Source of the DNA: an uncultured virus (IMG/VR IMGVR_UViG_3300020036_002912)
Taxonomy: Duplodnaviria > Heunggongvirae > Uroviricota > Caudoviricetes
Virus record (IMG/VR): IMGVR_UViG_3300020036_002912
Strand: one strand, 5' to 3'
DNA: 64,000 nucleotides
Shown here: positions 60,048-64,000 of the stretch, in pieces
How the letters are laid out: the number at the start of each line of letters is the position of its first letter
How positions within the stretch are numbered: position 1 is the first letter of the stretch
The notes under the pieces: generated by a model
What the model saw: only the letters and a program-made list of their open reading frames with translations
Told to the model about the DNA's origin: nothing
Database searches by the model: none
Translations under genes and position numbers: made by a program

Positions 60048-63000
60048 ATGCCTGAAGACGTAATACCGGTTGGCAGCTTAAAGCCAATACAGCAACCTTC
60101 TACACAACCAGTGGGTAATTTAAAACCAATTGGCGGAATAGTGGAAGGCTTTAATCCAAATGAGCTTATTCAAAACCAAGATAAGTTCAACGAGGTATTG
60201 AACAATATTGAAGATGTTTCTGAAGATGAGAAAAACATAATCAAGAAACTTGCTTTAGCCGCACATGACGGTGATAAGGGAGTGACATCGGCGGATGTGT
60301 CCGATGCTATCTTAACCCTACAAGGAAGAAGCAAAGAACAAGGAGGAGGAAAATATTACGTTAAAGAAGTGGCACCTGAAGTTTATAAACCAATTTCTTT
60401 AAAACCAGGAGAAAAGCCACCTAAAGGATATGATGTTGCTAGCGTTTGGGGAACACAAAGTTCCGCTAATGACGACACGGCTGTTACAAGCTTAGGGAAA
60501 CATTTATGGAATGGTGTAATAGGAGCAGGAGAAGGACTTATTAATATGTCTGATTTAGCTTACGGTGCCGCTACAGGAGAAGAATCTCCTTGGTATCAAT
60601 CAATGAAGAACTCAGCTCAAAAATTCAAATTCGCCACCCCTGATTACGAAAAAGGAGAGATATTTAATACAGAGGGCATAAATAGCGTTTCTGATTTCTT
60701 TGATCCTTCACGTTATGATTTTAGCAAGGATAAGGTACAAGGCCAGATATTTCAGGGATTAGAAAGCTTAACATCGTTCTTATTAGGAACGAAAGGTGTT
60801 AGCGGAATTACCGGCGCAACATCAAAGGCCGGTAAGATCGGAGAAGCTTATGTAGGATCTTATGCCGTTAATTACGGAGAGTCATTACAGGCCGCTGAAG
60901 ATGCAGGGTTAACCGGTAGAGAGAAGTATGCTTATGCGGGGATCACAACCGTGCCAACCGCCGCTTTAGATGTGGCATTTGGTACCGAAGGGTTATTTGT
61001 AAAGAATCAATTGGCCCGCGACGGTAAGAAGAAAATGTTAGAAAGCCTTGCAAAAGGATTTAAAGAAGATATTGGCGGTAAGTTGACAAAAGAATCATTA
61101 GAAGATTTATATAAAACAACCACCGCTGCAGCAACAAATTTAAACAAATCATTCACCCGTCAATTGGGTGAAAACATATTAGAAGAAGCCGGTACAGAAT
61201 CAGCACAAGCATTAGTTCAGAATGGTGCTCAGATGATTTACGATCAGATATCCAAAGAACCTAAGTTTGGCAAAGATGCCTTTAGTTTAGAGAGCATTGG
61301 TGAGTATTTGAATAACGCTATCGGTGGAGCTTTTGGAGCTGCAGGACCGGGTGTTTATGGTGTAAGCCAAGAACGCAAGGCAAGTAAAGAAGAATTACAA
61401 AGCTCAAATGCTTATGAAGCAGTTAAGAAAGGTAAGGATGCGGTAAACGCGTTAAGGGCCGATGTTTATAGTTCTTACAAAAGTGGTGATTTAAGTCAGC
61501 AAGAAGCTGCAAATGCAGTAAGTAAGATCAATGCTTATTATGATTTTAATCAGCAATTAGGAGAAACTAAGCTTCCGGATGAACAACGCAAGCAGGTGTT
61601 GGATTTAGCCTTCCAAAAGGAATTGCTATATAATTCAATTAAAGACACCGATAAGGAAAAGTTAAGTCCGATCGAAATGGCTAAGTATGAAGCTAAGGCT
61701 AAGATGGCTAAGGACATACAGGCTCAAATTAATGACATTGTTTTAAAGCCAGAGGTTGAAAAGGAAGTGACGGTTGGTGATAAGACCATGGAGGATATTG
61801 CTAAGAAAGAAGAGAAAGAAGCTGAAGCAGGCACCGCTAAACCTGAAAAGAAGGTTAAGGTTGATGATCGTAAGTTTGAGGTTATACCTCCGGTTGATTG
61901 GAACACTAAAAAAGCAAGCGAGAAGTTTAAGATATTAACCCGTGATCTGCAGGAGTCAAATGAACCGGTACAAGGTAGTTTAACATTGGAGTCAGGCGGA
62001 CCAGGCAGAACAACATCGGATACAGTGCACGTTAACTTACCTGGTAACAAATTTGTTATTACAGCAAGCTCCGCCAAGAGCTTAGCAACCCAACTTCGCG
62101 GACATTTTAAGACAGAATTTGTTGAAGGAGATATAGAAAATCTACCGGTAGTTGTAAAACCAATGCAACTTACTTCAGGAAAAACCGTATTAGGGATATA
62201 TAATGAAGGAAATGGTAAGTTTATATCATACGTTAGAGAGGATGATAAAGGCGGCTCTAAATACTCTAAAGCAGAGGAAGAACAGTTACAACACATCCAA
62301 GCTACAGGAAAATTAAGCAAGGGTGAGATTGAATACTATAACAATAAAAGAAAAGACGATAAACAACCACCACCAGCGGGTGAAGCAGGAACAATGGAGC
62401 CTAAAACTCCAGTTACGCCTATTATGCCACAAGGGGGATTAAAACCAATAAGCGATGTTACAACAACCAGACAAACAACAGGAGAAGGGACTACCGTTGG
62501 AAAGACGGAACCTGTCACCGGAGACGTTTCAGAAACTTCTGAACAAGATGTTAAAAATGTCAAAGAAATTAAAATCAGAACGGGAACGAAGAGGAATCAA
62601 ACTTCAGTAAAACATCCCGAAAGAAAGAAGGCTTTGGCACATGAAGTTACAGACCCTTATCATGTGGTGTTGCAATACTTCTCAGGCAAAGGAACGATTA
62701 GTTCTGCTGCAATAGGGGAATTGTACGGTACAAAAGGAGATTCTAATACTAAGGATGAAACTAAGGCGTTTCAAGAAAAGTGGGCTAGAAAAAGTTATAC
62801 AACATCTAAAGAAAGAACTTTAAAAGGAACAGAAACATTAGATGCTTTAGCTCATAAATTATGGGAGGGTAATAGGGCTAATACGCCAGATGCCACTACA
62901 TCGGAGTACAGAGAAGCTATTGAAACGGCTATTGGTAAACATTTAATGCCGCGAGAGTTTGCTAAAGAATTGAATGATATTTTAATTCCAAAAGAGCAAC

Positions 63001-64000
63001 GTCAAACATTCGAGAATGAAGAGGCTTATAATGCTTACTATGATAAGTTAGAAGAATTAGGGCTGAGTGAAGAAGGCGATAAGGTGGCGGATAATTTAGA
63101 GAAATTAGACGATAAAGAATTAGAGCATTTGGCTAACATGCCCGAAAAGGAATTTGATGTTTTTGGGAATGAGATCGTAGATATTATTATCCGTAAAGAT
63201 TTAGAGGGAGATGTGTTTCAGAAACCAAAAGAACTTCAATATGCAGAAGACCAATTGTCTAAAGCAGAAAAAGAATTAAAGGCATCTAAAACAGCATTCG
63301 ATTCTAAGCGCAAGGAATTAGGTAAAGAAATTAACGCCGATCAGGAAGACTTATTTGGAGAAAGAAAATCAACAGAGGGAACAGGATTGTTTGATGAAAG
63401 GGTTGATATGAGCGCCTATGAAGGTGTTATTGCTCCGTTTAAGCAAAGATATGACGCGGCGGTATCTGAATATAATAAATGGAAAAAGAATGTGGATGGC
63501 TTACAGGGAATGGAAGATTCTCAAACATCGTTGTTTCAAAAAGAAGCCAACAAAAAAGCTAAATCAGAAGCCCTGACTAAAATAGTTGAAAAGCTAAAGA
63601 AGTCAATGCCTAAAGTGAAGGTTGTTTATGATAGCAATTTAACAGCGGCAGGTAAATGGTCTCCTTCAACAAATACAGTAACTATTAATCCATTCTATGC
63701 AGGATTAGACACTCCTATTCACGAATACGGGCATGTGTTTATTGAAGCTATTGGGTATAACAATAAAGTGATACAATCGGCTATTAAGCAATTAAAGTCA
63801 ACTCCGTTATGGAAAGAAACTTCAGAACGCTATCCTGAATTAGATGAAAAGAATTTAGGTATTGAGGTGTTGGCAGAAGCGATCGGATTAGAGGGTGAAG
63901 GGATCTTTGAAAAGGAAGCTGATAAGAGCAAATTCCGTCAGTATTTAGAGTACATCTTTGATTGGTTAAAGACTAAGCTTGGATTAAATAAGAACGTTGC
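60048..64000 (+). CDS. Giant virion protein, partial (>1317 aa), with zincin HExxH motif
   Basis: ATG 60048; absent from the track, consistent with no stop in the window; in-frame DTPIHEYGH at 63708-63734 and EVLAEAIG downstream. Confidence 0.8.
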   Translation, partial: MPEDVIPVGSLKPIQQPSTQPVGNLKPIGGIVEGFNPNELIQNQDKFNEVLNNIEDVSEDEKNIIKKLALAAHDGDKGVTSADVSDAILTLQGRSKEQGGGKYYVKEVAPEVYKPISLKPGEKPPKGYDVASVWGTQSSANDDTAVTSLGKHLWNGVIGAGEGLINMSDLAYGAATGEESPWYQSMKNSAQKFKFATPDYEKGEIFNTEGINSVSDFFDPSRYDFSKDKVQGQIFQGLESLTSFLLGTKGVSGITGATSKAGKIGEAYVGSYAVNYGESLQAAEDAGLTGREKYAYAGITTVPTAALDVAFGTEGLFVKNQLARDGKKKMLESLAKGFKEDIGGKLTKESLEDLYKTTTAAATNLNKSFTRQLGENILEEAGTESAQALVQNGAQMIYDQISKEPKFGKDAFSLESIGEYLNNAIGGAFGAAGPGVYGVSQERKASKEELQSSNAYEAVKKGKDAVNALRADVYSSYKSGDLSQQEAANAVSKINAYYDFNQQLGETKLPDEQRKQVLDLAFQKELLYNSIKDTDKEKLSPIEMAKYEAKAKMAKDIQAQINDIVLKPEVEKEVTVGDKTMEDIAKKEEKEAEAGTAKPEKKVKVDDRKFEVIPPVDWNTKKASEKFKILTRDLQESNEPVQGSLTLESGGPGRTTSDTVHVNLPGNKFVITASSAKSLATQLRGHFKTEFVEGDIENLPVVVKPMQLTSGKTVLGIYNEGNGKFISYVREDDKGGSKYSKAEEEQLQHIQATGKLSKGEIEYYNNKRKDDKQPPPAGEAGTMEPKTPVTPIMPQGGLKPISDVTTTRQTTGEGTTVGKTEPVTGDVSETSEQDVKNVKEIKIRTGTKRNQTSVKHPERKKALAHEVTDPYHVVLQYFSGKGTISSAAIGELYGTKGDSNTKDETKAFQEKWARKSYTTSKERTLKGTETLDALAHKLWEGNRANTPDATTSEYREAIETAIGKHLMPREFAKELNDILIPKEQRQTFENEEAYNAYYDKLEELGLSEEGDKVADNLEKLDDKELEHLANMPEKEFDVFGNEIVDIIIRKDLEGDVFQKPKELQYAEDQLSKAEKELKASKTAFDSKRKELGKEINADQEDLFGERKSTEGTGLFDERVDMSAYEGVIAPFKQRYDAAVSEYNKWKKNVDGLQGMEDSQTSLFQKEANKKAKSEALTKIVEKLKKSMPKVKVVYDSNLTAAGKWSPSTNTVTINPFYAGLDTPIHEYGHVFIEAIGYNNKVIQSAIKQLKSTPLWKETSERYPELDEKNLGIEVLAEAIGLEGEGIFEKEADKSKFRQYLEYIFDWLKTKLGLNKNV

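Noticed and set aside
809..62563. Antisense and alternate-frame ORFs in the track (e.g. 4927-5511, 7414-7932, 31782-32102, 56963-57547, 61724-62320)
   Set aside because: Shadows of longer motif-bearing genes
1..64000. Stop-codon reassignment as in some crAss-like phages
   Set aside because: Long genes are intact in the standard code and no suppressor tRNA is seen
1..64000. Integrase, reverse transcriptase/DGR, intron or intein
   Set aside because: No tyrosine-recombinase R-HxxR-Y, YxDD RT or intein motifs recognised; terL, dnaB and MCP look uninterrupted

Overview
A 64-kb, AT-rich segment of a Bacteroidota-infecting tailed phage with a crAss-like (Crassvirales-type) virion module, read in the standard genetic code; many TAnnTTTG host-type promoters support the host call. 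There are four transcription blocks: leftward 548-10853 (MTase, DnaB, initiator-like protein, SF2 helicase, ncRNA/tRNA cluster); rightward 11560-19604 (wHTH/Rep-like proteins, RNase H, YopX, MTase, small ORFs); leftward 19582-22900; and rightward 23603-end (PD-(D/E)XK nuclease, terminase, portal, scaffold, MCP, tail/decoration, lysis, tail ring/stabiliser, and ejection proteins including a >1300-aa HExxH protein running off the end). Main discoveries: (1) two arrays of integron-like gene cassettes (about 1215-2407 and 15615-19221) bounded by attC-like hairpins. No integrase is seen in the window, the genes are inverted relative to canonical attC, start codons or a whole gene lie inside hairpin loops, and the junctions sit on TAAC stop codons. 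(2) A 318-nt stem-closed ncRNA with a crippled tRNA-Asn module and ~7-nt AAAG repeats, directly downstream of a coiled-coil gene and within a cluster of further stem-closed RNAs. (3) Three distinct repeated operator-like motifs, candidate antisense sRNAs, and a strongly over-represented CGGCGGA heptamer. The first ~535 nt look like a fold-back artefact. All functional calls come from motif recognition by eye; no searches were run.
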